A DNA stretch of 63,410 nt, counting the filler, from Folioceros fuciformis (taxonomy: Eukaryota), in the NCBI GenBank assembly GCA_049999805.1. It is 4 parts of 4 records of this genome, joined end to end, with 100 filler letters (N's around TTAATTAATTAA, not from the genome) between each part and the next. Parts side by side here need not be neighbours in the genome. Positions count along the whole stretch, not along the records: positions 42,351 to 57,103 come from JBNGIO010006006.1; positions 57,204 to 63,410 come from JBNGIO010006017.1; 2 more parts are not named here. The stretch is one strand, 5' to 3'. Position numbers and translations under genes: made by a program. Each line of letters begins with the position of its first letter. The stretch's first letter is position 1. This document shows positions 47,658 to 60,277 of the stretch, in pieces. A model generated the notes under the pieces. The model searched no databases. It saw only the letters and a program-made list of their open reading frames with translations, and was not told where the DNA came from.

Positions 47658-49965
47658 TAAGATTGATAGGATGAGGGTAGGCTGGTCAGCAGTTGTGCTA
47701 TCATCTCCACTCCAGTAATCTTGGTACCTAGCGCAGCAAGCTATGCTCGCAGGTGCCTCAACTTGGTGACATGAGCACCAACTGGTTCCCCCTCCCTCAA
47801 CCTCAAACTATGAAAGTCGTTTCTTGCGTTGATCATGGTACATATGTTTCTGACCTGATAAGGGTCATGAAATTGTTTCCACACAACTTCTGCTAACTCA
47901 AGTGAATCAACCTCAGTAACTGTAGTGTCATCAAGGCCTTACAGAAGAATGGCAAATGCAACCTTGTTGCACTTCTTCCACTTTGCCTTGTCCTCAGACG
48001 TGGGATGAACTACAGCTGTAGCTGGTACAAGGAAAGGGTTTGGTATAGTGCCATCAACATACTCCAGAATGTCGCGAGCATCAAGGTTAGCTCTCATTTG
48101 TGCTTTCCAGCTTTCAAAACGTAGTGATTTTCCATCGAACCTATCTTTTTCCTTAAACTCACCGTAGTATGACGATCCTACAGATATAGACACGGGTCCT
48201 TGACCTGTAGTCATGGTGACACCAGCAAAGAGTGGAGGAGTTGAAGGATACGAGAAAAGCCAGGAGAGTTGATCAGTTTCACTATCAGAGTCAGTATCTG
48301 CAACAAACAGGAACATGCTCTACTGAATGTTGAGAAAACAGACAGACGCCAGAAGAGAATTGAAACGGTAAGTCCTAAAACTTAAATGCCCCTTCAATTT
48401 TTTTTTTTTTGAAGTGAATAACGTTTCAACAAACCCTAAGCATTTCACACGACTTCTAACTAAAAACCGTTTGTACCTGCAGACATTCTCAGAATGCAAG
48501 GTGTTAAGCATGATTAATGTTGATATTAATTAGTGCTAATCCAGCTTATTGAGTTTGTACTAATTAGTGGTAAGAGTGATTAAGGTTATGATTTTTATAT
48601 ATATATATATAGCTTATTAGACTTTGCTATGTTAGGCAAAAGAAGTATTGTAGGGTTTGGTTGGGGTCATTTATCCCATATTGGGCACGAAATGAGAGTG
48701 CCACCCATAGGTCCATAAAAGAAGGGATGAACCCACTTAGTATATGCAGTCTAACTCCCTCTTCACTTGTATTGTGTTGTTTTTGTAATTCTCCTTTTTT
48801 ATTTGAGTTTAAGAGCCTTGTTATAGTGCTCTTAGTTTTGGGATTCTGCATCTTGCTTCAACTAACTTGTTTTAACCTCCTTTGAGCATGGCGGGGGTGA
48901 CATCTCAACACAAGGGACGTGACCCAAGCATAAATCAGGAAGACAGCAAGGACATCTACAACACGTGGACACTCCAACCAACAGGCGCAATCATTAGTAG
49001 TGCCTGTTGAGAGCTCCAGGGCAACAAATTGTAAATTCGCAAGCTGTCTCTCACACCCCTTCAGATCTGAGGGGTCTTGTTTGCCTAATCCTCAGTGCAT
49101 GCTCCATCTCTCATGGGAACAAGAGATTCCAGGTACATCGCTGCAATTGGTTGCACTGCAGAGGTAGAAACATGTGTTTGTTGAACTTTGAATTGAGTAA
49201 GTTGAGAAACAAGTTCTACAACTTTGGATTGCAAGGACTCCACACTTCTGATCACTTCACCAAGTCTTGGAATTGTGAAGGCAAAGGTATGGTCAGCAAG
49301 CAATTTGATACTGTTCAACTTGAGGATGAGACGGTCAGTTGAATAAGAACTTGCTGTAGACTCCAGCTACTCAAGTAGTACTCCATCTTCAAGAACTTCT
49401 CCTAACCAATTTTCTTGTTCAATCCTTAATTGCAGAAGCTCAATCCACCTGGAAACCACTCAACTGGAGTAGCTGTGGGGAGAGACAAAAAATTCTCTCA
49501 CCTTATCCTTCTTCCTGGCATATGAGAGCAGATCATTGAGTAGTCTACTAATGTAATCTACCCTAGCAGCCCAAGGAGATGAAGAGATAGGCTGTATACA
49601 CCTACCACTCCTTCTAGGCATTTTAAGCATAGGAACAAGAGTCTAATGTGCCTATCATCTGAGATTGCTAGGACACCAGAGTAGACACACTAGACCCGAC
49701 ATATTTGACAATCACATTGCAAAAAGCATATGTAGAAGTAGTACAGCGGAAGACTCAGAGCATCGAGTGCTCTGATACCATGTTATTTTATGCATTTGTT
49801 CAAGGATTATTTAGACAAAGAATACTTGAGACAATGCAGCAAAAGAACTTAATTCAATTAATACAAAATTGTAGCTTTTATAGTGTCAAGTTTGTTAAAC
49901 CCAGAAGTCACGTGTTTAACAGAGTTAGGTTAATCTAACCCATGGTTACCTAAATAACCTTAACA
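47658..49965 (-). mobile_element. Copia element B 5' part: LTR 49781-49965, PBS 49769-49780, decayed gag about 48316-47658, cut by the LTR of copia A
   Basis: TGTTA...TAACA LTR and TGGTATCAGAGC PBS. Gag motifs DRFDGKSLRFESWKAQM..ILEYVDG and LLTSLPSSY. Assignment of the gag to this LTR is inferred. Confidence 0.7.
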
Positions 49966-52144
49966 GTCTCGTGGTGGTACAGGAACTGATAAGACTTTCG
50001 GCTTCTTTCGTTGCACTACACCAACTGTTGACACATGCTGATAAGTGGAAGGTGTAGCAAACATGTCTCCATACAAGACAACTCCCTCCATGTCAAAGTT
50101 TCTGAACACTATGGGTTCTGAATCAGCACTGTCTTCAAGTGTTGAGGTACAGGTGTGATTGGAAATTGAGTGTTTGCTGGAGCTTGTGGTCCTTGTCCAA
50201 CCACAGTCGGAGTGACTTGTGGTGGTTGTGCTACAGCTACAGGTGCTGCAGGCTTGGTGAATGTCGCTTCTTGTTCATCTTCTGACTCAATTGGTGAGTC
50301 CAGACCGTATGCTCCCACTGAGTCATGAGACTCTACACCTTCAACAAAAATAACATCTCTGGAATGTGTCACCCTGCGTGACTGCCTATCAATAACCTTG
50401 TATCCTTTGATACTTCAGTGAAGCCTATAAATATGTAGGAAGTAGACTTTGGCTCAAACTTCTTTCGTAAGTCCTTGTGTACATGTACGTACATCGGTGA
50501 TCCAAAGACCTGCATGTGTGATATGTTGGACTTTGATCTAGTCCACAACTCAAAAGGTGTCTTGTCCTGGACAGAAGCATGTTCAATTCGGTTTTGTATG
50601 TAGGTAGCATACGCCACTACCTCGGCCCAGTAGCATTTTGGAAGCTTTGCATAGCTTAACATACTAGATGTTGATGTTTCAAGCGCCTTGTTTTTATTTT
50701 CAGCTACTCCATTCTGCTGAGGTGTGCGAGCATTGGTCAATTGCCTTGCAATGCCATGTTCACCTCAAAAGGCTTGAAACTCTCATGAGACATACTCACC
50801 ACTGCTGTCTGAACGAAGGGCTTTCAATTTCTCCTTAAGAGCCTTGTCACCTTCAACTCCAGATGATGAAGCTATTTTCTTGCGATTTTCTTCTATGAGC
50901 ATTGTTGAAATCACTCGATTAACAGTGATAGCTGCCACATTTTGCAAGGCCTGGACAACAGTGGTCCAGCTTTCCGGCATCTGTGAGAGTAGAATTACTG
51001 CCATGACTTCCTCCTCAATTTGAAAGCCAAGAGAGAGAAACTTGGTTTGCCAGCTCCTCCACTTGAGCAGAAACTCAGCCACTGTGTTCGTTTCAGACAT
51101 TCGAAGTCCAACAAACAACTTCAATGTATGGGTCTTGAGCATCAGGTCAGAGGCATCATAAACCTCAAGTAATTGTTGCCATAATTCTGTAGCCGACATG
51201 ATGGAGACCATCAAGGTGGCTATGTGAGAGCTCTTGACACTCATTGTTAATGTGCTTCTAGCCTCTTGATTTGCAGCCTTCCAAGCTGCTATCTCATCTG
51301 CTGGTGCTGTGGCTGGTGGTTGAGGCCTTATCACAGCTGCTCCAACATACTCCCACAGGTTTCGGGATTTAAGTAGCTCCTCCATGCGAAAATTCCAGAG
51401 ATTGAAGTTTTCTCCATCAAATTTATCCTCCTTTGCCAAGGCAATCGGCGTTGGTGGTTGTTGCCTTGACATTTTTATGGCCTAAGGGGAAGACTCAAGA
51501 AATGGGGTGAAAGTGTGCCTTGCAATAGTGAGGCAGGTGAGACTGACTTTCTACCTCTAGTGACATTTGGATGCTTACTTAGTCTGAGAAGCTCCAAGAT
51601 TATGCATAATCTGATCCAAACTTGATGCCACCTATTTCCAGGTGCTAACTTTTCTTGATATTTTCTCTTAGACCGAGCAAGGTAGTCTGCCAGGTTAGAC
51701 AGCCTCTCGGCATGTCTGTTCAGGCGCTCCCTTCTCATTGAGCCCGGCATGCTGAGACGAGAACGCCTGCAGCTTTGCTGCACTCGTACCTGTGGCTTGA
51801 GGAAACAACACGCAAGTACCATCTCCTAAATCTCTGCAGGCATGCCACTTGGCCAACAAACTTGGATCAAGTGTAAGAATATGCCAAACTCAGAAATAGA
51901 GATCGCTTTCTTGTATTCAGCGTGCTTGTAAAACGAGCAGGTCAAGGTATCCATTGCTCTAATACCATGGAAAGTTTTGGATCGTAAGATTGTGTTCTAT
52001 TAGGCAGCAATGCACACGTCTTATGTGTCACCGCATTGTGAACGGTTACAACCATAATACCTGCCGTATTAGGTCATGTTCATTAAAACCTACTTAACCT
52101 AATGACTGGACCTCAACTATACGATATATGTATGTATTGTTTCA
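49966..52144 (-). mobile_element. Copia element C: LTR about 51968-52144, PBS 51956-51967, upstream ORF, gag fused by deletion to the integrase core
   Basis: Gag DKFDGENFNLWNFRM runs directly into KLKALRSDSSGEY, then TPQQNGVAE, QNR, VFGS, SRDVIF. Zn knuckle and protease are absent. Confidence 0.8.
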
Positions 52145-52369
52145 AATATAGCATCTTTGCTAAAAGGTGCTTCCACATGCAATTCTAACGTAGTATCAGA
52201 GATTCAGCTCATACCATGGTCTCTAAGTTCCATGACTTTGCAAGTATTTTGTGGTGGCAAAACCCCGGGCATAAATTGGGGTCTCGTTGTGAGTTGTTCG
52301 GTCTCAAGACATAAAGGGCCATCTGTCATAGGCATTTCTCGTCATTTATAAAAAAAGGTAAATGGCTAG

Positions 52370-55300
52370 GCTCTGATACCATGACACAAAGTGAGGGGAA
52401 AACGGGGAGCAAGAGAAGGGAAGAACATACATAGAAAGATGTGTTCCACTTTAACATTAACCACCCAAGGTGGCCTTTAAAGGTAGCAAGGTAGACCCAA
52501 GAGTCACAACTATTCAGATAACTAGTCATGCATAACTAACCCTAGTGAGGTTAGATTAACCAGGTGCTCCAACACCCCCTCTTAAGCTAAGCGAGCTAAA
52601 GGAGGTTGTGAACGACAGCTAAGCTAACACGTATCTCACGAGGAGGATCATGTCATGCAAACAATTATGCCACCACTCGCTCTAGCAGGACGGCCACATG
52701 CTACCAGATTTTTTGTAATTACGCTCCACGTTGTACATCACGATGTTTAAGCTCCAAGGAATCGCCTACCATTCGAGGATCTTGAGACCTGTCTTCTGCT
52801 CAGCCGCATACTATTGAGTGCATCTCGCGATGAAGACCAGGAGTGGAAGCTTGTATGACAAAGGGGCTGAAGTAGGCGAGAGCAATAATCTTTCTAGCAG
52901 GGAGAGTGGCAGGAAAGCCAAAAAGATACGGCCCTCGGAGGCGATGGGGAAAGAAGATTGGGATGCGCGTATGAACTTGGGAGCGTTGGTGACGCTCGCA
53001 GGCTGGCACATTGGGCTAAATATCACCCTTGAGTGGAGAGCACCAACCAACGAGCGAGATGAAGAAGGAGAAGAATTCCCAAAACCAATAGAAGTTGGGG
53101 GTGAGATCGACCTCCTCTACCCCCTACACAACACCTTAAACAAAGTACTGGAGCTGAGGGCGAGAAGGGCGGTAAAGTCTCCGGCGGAAAGGGGAGCAGC
53201 TGCAGGCGATTGAATAGGCATAAGGCTTCATCCACCCTGCACTGTTGCCCTCTTTCTTTATCTCTGAAATGTCCTATGTAAGCTAATCGTCATCCGACTT
53301 CTCTCAGGAGACAGAAGGATGGGAAGCATGTAAAAGGTTCTTCCTCTCCTAAACCTGGCAGCTGGAACAACCAGGTTTGGGACGTGATGAGTCCCACCCC
53401 TCCTCAACACCCAACACCCCAAAAGATAAGTCAAGTTCTACCAAGGTTCGGAGAATGCTGACAATAAGTTGCAAAATTCTCCAAACCAAGGCCACTCATA
53501 TGTTGGTAATATCATTGTTTTTGCGGGCCTTTTGTCATTATGTTGGCAATATTGTCGTCCCTGCCAACATATTCAACCCTGACAACACCTCGCTCAACTA
53601 CATCCCTAATGTAGTGGTGTTGTATCTCAATGTGTTTCGTGCGAGCATGAAACTTGGGATTTGCCACTAGAGCTAGGGCAGAGGTATTGTCGAACAAGAG
53701 GAGAGTGGGAGGGTTCTACTGTTGTCCAAGATTAGTTAGGGAACTTCGTTCCCACTCCACCTCCTTGGAAGCATCTGTGAGTGACTTGTATTTGGCCTCA
53801 GTTGATGATAGTGCGATCGATGTCTACTTCTTGCAACTCCAGCTCACAGCAGCCGACGCAAGGAGGAAACAATATGTGCTCAAACTTTTATGGGAATCGG
53901 AATCTGAGGCCCCGTTGACGTCTATGAATGCAGTAAGTACAAGTTTTCCCTGCCCACTGCTTCTATAGAAAAGGCCATATGTGATAGTGCCTTTTAAATA
54001 ACGAAATATTTGCTTCACTGTTGACCAGTGCACTCTTCCAGGTTGCTCCAAGAATTGAGATACAGTGGATATAGAATACTGAATATCTGGTCGAGTCCAG
54101 TTTCCAACAAATATAAAGCTACCAACTGCATGCCTGTAGGGAACATCAGCTATGTCTCTGGCCTCTTGTTTGGTCACAGCACACTGCTCACTGGTGAGTT
54201 TGAGTCCTGTTGCAAAAGGTGTAACAGCAGGTCTAGCTTGATCCAGTCTAAACTTACGTAGGATTTCCTCAAAATATTTATGTTGATGTACTATGATGAA
54301 CCCTTCAGATCTAACTCTGTGTATCTGGATGCCCAAGCAGAACCAAAGTTCACCAATGTCCTTCATGTCAAACTTTGAGCTAAGCATGAGTTTAACCTCA
54401 GATAGGATTTGCTCACTTGTAGTTGCAAGAATGACATCATCAACATATAATGCAAGTACAACAAATTCACCTCCTCTAGTAAGCCAATAGACATTGCCAT
54501 CTACAGTGCTTTGTACAAAGGATAGGCTGATAAGATGGACGTGCATAGTGAAATATTGGACCCTACCACTTTGTTTTAATCCATAGATGCACTTGAGAAG
54601 TTTCAACACTTTGTTTGGATGTTTTGGATCAACATAACCCTCGGCCTGCATCATGTACAAATCTTCATCAAGAGTACCATAAAGGAACGCAGCGCAGACA
54701 TCCATTTGATGAAGCTCCAAGTTGAATTCAGCAGCAAGGGCTAAGATCATTATGATAGATTGGGCACGCACCACAGGTAAGAATGTCTCCTAGTAGTCTA
54801 GCCTTCGACTTGAGTAAAACCATGAGCCACAAGGCAGGCCTTGTATCCGGCAACCTCTTCTTGCGCATTAAGCTTAAGTTTGAATACCCACTTGTATGAA
54901 ATGGGTTTTATTCCCTGTGGTAGATCAACTAATCGCAATGTGTGGTTTTTGGTAAGACTCAGGTATTATGACATCGTTCAGCATGGCCATTCATATCAGA
55001 ATGATATGGGATAGTAAGTTGACATGTTATTCCTCACTCTTGACAATATCCCTGAAAAGTTGTAGATAAGTACTCTTCACCATTATCTAAATGAATGCAA
55101 TTAATCTTAAGTCTAGTTCATCCTCCACTGCTGCCTTCCAAAGGGAAGCTTCAAAATATGAAGTTGGTTCCATTGGCAGGGAAGTGGCTAAGGAAACAAG
55201 TGCCAGAGCGACAACATAGGTGGACGACCTGAAGTCTATGGACGTGTACGGTGGCTCATGCCATTGTGTGGAGGGTAGACGAACCCTAGTGCTGCAACAT

Positions 55301-56370
55301 GGGGGTGGCTCAGCCTCAGCACTAGAAGTACACCCAAATCTGTAGCTTCAGTTACTGGTTCAGGCTCATACAAAGATATACCAGTAGGCTTGTCCTGATG
55401 CCTAGGGGGTTCATCAACGGGAGGAGGGCCCATAGATTCTGGTTCCATATTTGCTACAAAGTTCACAATAGGATCCTCTACAAGGATGTTGCCTTCAGCA
55501 AGATCAATAGATTCCTCAGTAGGATCTCCATCATCAAAGGGGTAGACAATTGTGTCAGCAAGGTCTTCATATGGAGAGAGCGAATCCCCCTCTGAAGGGG
55601 GTAAGTCACACCCTGTTCAGCCAGGCTATAAAGGTTCTACGAAGGTAACACTCCGAGCCATGGTTACAGTCCTCAGCTCAGGGTCAAAAAGCTTGTAGGC
55701 CTTAGCCTGCTTGCTATAACCTGTAAAGACCATAGCTTTGGCTTGTGGATCTAACTTGTGCCTTTTTTCAGCAAGAATGTAGGCATATGCACAAGACCCG
55801 AAGACTCTTACATGTAGTAATCTAAGCTTACATCCCTAGAAAACTTTGTAGGGGGTTTTGTTGGGTATTGAACTTGTGAAGATCCAATTAGAGATATAAG
55901 TGGCTACCATGACAGCTTCCACCCAATATCCCTAAGGTAACCCTGCCCATAGTAGCATACTCCTTGTCATACCAAGAAGAGTCTGGTTTTTCCTCTCAAC
56001 AACACCATTCTATTCTTGTGTGTAGGGGACTATCAGCTGCCTGCTTACCCCATGCTCTTGGAGAAGGGAGTCGAAAGTAGAGTTCACGAAATCCGTTCCA
56101 TTATCTGTGCGCAGGGTCTTAAGAAAACAACTGGATTGTCTCTGTGTGGTCGTGAGCTAGTTCTTAAAGTAATCAAAGGTGTCACTTTTCAACTTCATGG
56201 GGTAAGTCCAAGAGTATCGGCTAAAATCATCTTTCAGTGTGAGGTAATACAAGGACCCTCCTAATGACGGTTGATGTATCTTGCTAGAGATGTTAACATG
56301 AACCAGGTCAAGCACTATGTGGGCAAGCGGGTATGGTATCCCTACCAGGCACTCGCTCACATGTATCGTA
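52370..56370 (-). mobile_element. Copia element D: decayed IN-RT-RH, extra 3' region, PPT, LTR 52382-52574, then a PBS
   Basis: DDFSRYSW, LHQMDV..AFL, YGLKQSG, LYVDD, HARTKHIEIQHH. AAGAGGGGG PPT next to the TG...CA LTR. TGGTATCAGAGC at 52370-52381. Confidence 0.88.
52830..53213 (+). CDS. Antisense ORF (127 aa, MKTRSG...) between RH and PPT of copia D
   Basis: Open ATG-started frame inside an otherwise decayed element. No recognisable domain. Confidence 0.4.
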   Translation: MKTRSGSLYDKGAEVGESNNLSSRESGRKAKKIRPSEAMGKEDWDARMNLGALVTLAGWHIGLNITLEWRAPTNERDEEGEEFPKPIEVGGEIDLLYPLHNTLNKVLELRARRAVKSPAERGAAAGD

Positions 56371-57103
56371 GTGTGAACCTCCGAAGTTTGGGGTAGTGGT
56401 TTTTTTTTATGAAAAAAGGGTTGATAGTGGTATGTTTGGTTTTCTTTTTCTACTTCTTTTCCCTATTTTTTCTTTATTTTCTGGTTATTTTCCTATTTTT
56501 CTTTGTACTAATTAGGTTAATTAACTAGGAAATAGTTGGTTTGGTTATAAGAGTGGGTATAGGTTTGGTCCCAGACCTGGGAAAGTTTAGGTCTGGTACC
56601 GGACCATAGGGTCGGGAAAGTTTGAGTGTAGGTTTGGTGATTTGGTTTATTATTAATTAAATTTATATAGTATTAAGGATTAAATAATTATAGAATAATA
56701 TTAAATAATAAAATAATGGTTTGAACATAGGATCGGGAATATGTGGAGTGTCAGTCAGGGGTCAGGGTCTGACGTCAGGCTGGCTGATTGCTTGGCTGGC
56801 CTAAACGGTCATGGAGGCCGTGCTCTAGCTAGGGCTAGAGGTAGGGGTTGCAGCCACCCCCTTTCTCCCTTCCTCCTCCATTCCCTTCTTGTCCCACTTC
56901 CTCTTCTTCCCCTTCCCTCTCCATCTCCTTGTCCCGCTTCTTCTTTTAGATCCACATTGTAGGTAGGGGGAGAGACCCCTGAGTGTTGGGAGTGAAGGCC
57001 GCTACAGGAGGATCAGGAGCTGCGGCCTTGCTCACCATCCCTGATTTCCAGATTTTAGCCGCTGATCCGTCTTCCTACCTTACTCCTGTTTCCCCACTGC
57101 CCC

Positions 57104-57203
57104 NNNNNNNNNNNNNNNNNNNNNNNNNNNNNNNNNNNNNNNNNNNNTTAATTAATTAANNNNNNNNNNNNNNNNNNNNNNNNNNNNNNNNNNNNNNNNN
57201 NNN
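57104..57203. other. Artificial assembly spacer
   Basis: N44-TTAATTAATTAA-N44. Confidence 0.97.
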
Positions 57204-60200
57204 CGCAGATGTTTGCCACAACCAATCAATCATCACTTGTTCATGCCACACGTTCATTTTGGAACTGCAAGATGAAAGACTCGGAGACGGTCGAAGATCA
57301 AGTCATGCACTTCAGACATTTGAGGGAGAAGCTAGCTGCAGCAAGGACGAAGGTTTCTGAGCTCTAGGCCTCCGTTACACTCTTGATGTCACTGCCGGAC
57401 AAGTACAGAGTGTTCATTAGTACTCAAAGCAGTTTTCTTCGCACGGCCGCAGCAGCAATTGTTACACTCTCCAACACCATCGGAGCTTTGCTTCAAGAAG
57501 AGGCTGCGATGAGATCAAACCGAGGACTTGGTCAGTCCTCTCATGGTCGTGTACTCTACGCCGGAAGAGGAACCAAAGGTGGTCAAGGAGGTCGCTTCCC
57601 TAACCGTTCAGGGTGGCAAGGGAGGCCCAAGAATGTGGGCATGAGAACTCCACCCAATCCGAATCACCGAAAGCTCACTTGCAATTGGTGTAGGAATCCA
57701 GGCCATATAGAGGCAGACTTCCGCAAGAAGGCAGCTGGTGAGCCACGGAAATCTGGATCTCCTGAAGCTAAACGTAGGCACAAAATCAAAGGCATCAAGT
57801 TCCAATATCATCTTGACTGTGTTTCTGGCACACGCCAAGTCAGATGAGCACTCCTGGTTCTTGGACTCGGGGGCATCAGCCCACATCTGCTATAATCGAG
57901 ACAGCTTTGATGACTATCAACATTACTCACCTGGACAGTTCGTCCTGTTAGGTGATGAAAGCAGACTAAGCATTGCTGGCGTGGGGGCAGTCAAAATTCG
58001 ATTGCATGATGGTTCCCTGAAAATTCTGAAGCAGGTTCTTCACGTGCCTCAGATGGTGAAAAACCTCATGTTTGTTAGATATGTGTGTCAAGAGTGGAGC
58101 GTCAAAGTGAGCTTCGACGAAAAGCAGTACAGACTGGTTGATAACAAAACTCATGCCGAGGTGGCCATTGGAGTTTTGCACTCTGACCTATATAGGCTCA
58201 ACTGTCGCACCCATGCTGGAATACATGTGATTAACCCACATCCTTAGGCGCACCTGGCTAGGCGCCTAGATGTAGATAGCAATCAGCTGCTGTGGCACTG
58301 TCGTTTGGGACACCCAAATTACAACATAATGAAGAGCATGCTTGGTGCACACTTATATCGAGAGGAGGTTCCCTGGACAGTTCCTGAGGTGGGCGTGCTT
58401 TGTGACGCATGTGTGCATGCAAAACTCCCCAAGCAAAATGCCAAGAAGCCCCATGAGCAAAATAGATCCACAGAAACTCTTGCTGTGGTGCATACAAATT
58501 TATGCGGACCAATGTCCATTCGATCACTTGGAGGAGCACTGTATTTTATGGTGCTTGTGGACGACTATAGTCGCTTCACAATGACATATTTTTTGCGCCA
58601 CAAATTTGAGGCACTTGAGAGATTCATGGATTATGTGAATTTTTCACAAAGGCAAACTGGGAATAAGGTGAAAGTCCTTCGTAGTGACGGAGGAGGGGAG
58701 TTGAACAGCACTGATTTCCAGGACTACTGCAGATCACTCGGCATGGGGAGGCAGATTACTGTCCCATACACCCCCAATCAGAACCCACTTGCTGAATCTA
58801 AGAATCGATACTTACAAGAAGCAACTAAAGCCATGCTGTACCAATCGGGATTATCAAGGAGGTACTGGGCAGAGGCAGTACACACGGCCACCTACATTCA
58901 AAACCGAATTCCCACATCAGCCTTCAAAGACTCCACCCCTTTTGAACGCTGGACGAGTAAGAAGCCGGCTATTTCTCACTTGAAGATCTTTGGGTGCAAT
59001 GCACATACCCAAGGAGCTGAGAACAAAACTCGACTACAAAGCAAAGCAGATGCTTTTTGTGGGGTATTTAGAAGGCATAAAGGGGTATAAAGTGCATGAC
59101 ACAGCAACTGGCAGGGTAACACATGCTCGATTTGGCAAATTCGATGAAAGATCACTTTTAGCAGCCTCCCCACTTATGACTCAACAAGGTGATTCAACTG
59201 CCACTGACGTCTCGGATTCAGAAGTGCATGAACTTTCTTATGACATGGCTGAACAGCTGGAAGATGCTAATTTGGAGCAAGACGACATGTCAAACCACTA
59301 TCATGTCGAAACAGAAGATGCTGATTATGACAACCGTCCTGAGCAAGTGGGAGGTGATGACCATGAAGTCGAGGTAGACTCGAATATGGCAGCAGGTGAC
59401 AAAATATGACTGCCCTAAACCCTAAAACCCTTCATGCAGAAACCCAAGGAAACCGCACTTGGATGCAATTAGAAGAATCATGAGATATGTGAAAGGAACT
59501 ACTGAGTTTGGATTGCTCTATGAGCATAGGAAGCAGCTTGAACTGACACGATATACAGATGCTGATTGGGCTGGTTGTGTGTATGACAGAAGATCAACCA
59601 GTGGATATGCATTTAGTCTGGGAAGTAGTATGATCAACTGGCAAAGCAAGAAACAACCGACAGTTGCTTTGTCAAGCACAGAAGCAGAGTATCGAGGAGC
59701 TGCAGTGGCAGCCTGTGAAGCAGCTTGGTTGCAGAAGTTGCTACATGATCTGAGAAATATAGTGAACAGCAACGTTACAATCTACTGTGACAACATGGGT
59801 AGCATGAGGTTGGCTACTAATCCTATGTTTCATGCTCGTTCGAAGCACATAGAAGTACATTATCATTTCATCAAGGAAGCGGTATTATCTGAGAAGATAG
59901 ATCTTCGGCACGTGAAGACCGAAGACAAGGTAGCAGATATCTTTACTAAGTCGCTAGGTAGAGATAAGTTCTTACACTTTCGTGAACTACTTGGAGTGTT
60001 ACAAATAGTCCGAGCTTGAGGGAGAGTGTTAGAAATCAAGCTCTAACTGAATTGTTATTAAGAGCATACAACACTTAGGATAGTGTAGATTATCCCATAT
60101 TGAACTCGTAGTTATCTATCACCTAAGTGTTATCAGGATATACTAGGATATTGCACCCTCGAGACTAAGGCTTACCTTATCGAGGGTTGCCCCGCCTGAA

Positions 60201-60277
60201 GGCTATATATGTAGCATCCTGTGCACCATAAGTAAGGAGTTGTGGAGTCCTTTTAGGCCTGTGGTGCTATTTCAACA
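57204..60277 (+). mobile_element. Copia element E: gag, PR, IN, RT almost wholly missing, RH, PPT, 3' LTR 60027-60277
   Basis: CNWCRNPGH, WFLDSGASAH, VDDYSRF, RSDGGGE, YTDADWAG, RSKHIEVHYH. GAGGGAGAG PPT and TGTT...AACA LTR. Confidence 0.9.

Noticed and set aside
26897-57203. Three identical TTAATTAATTAA palindromes within N-runs
   Set aside because: Fixed 100-nt artificial contig linkers with six-frame stops, not biology.
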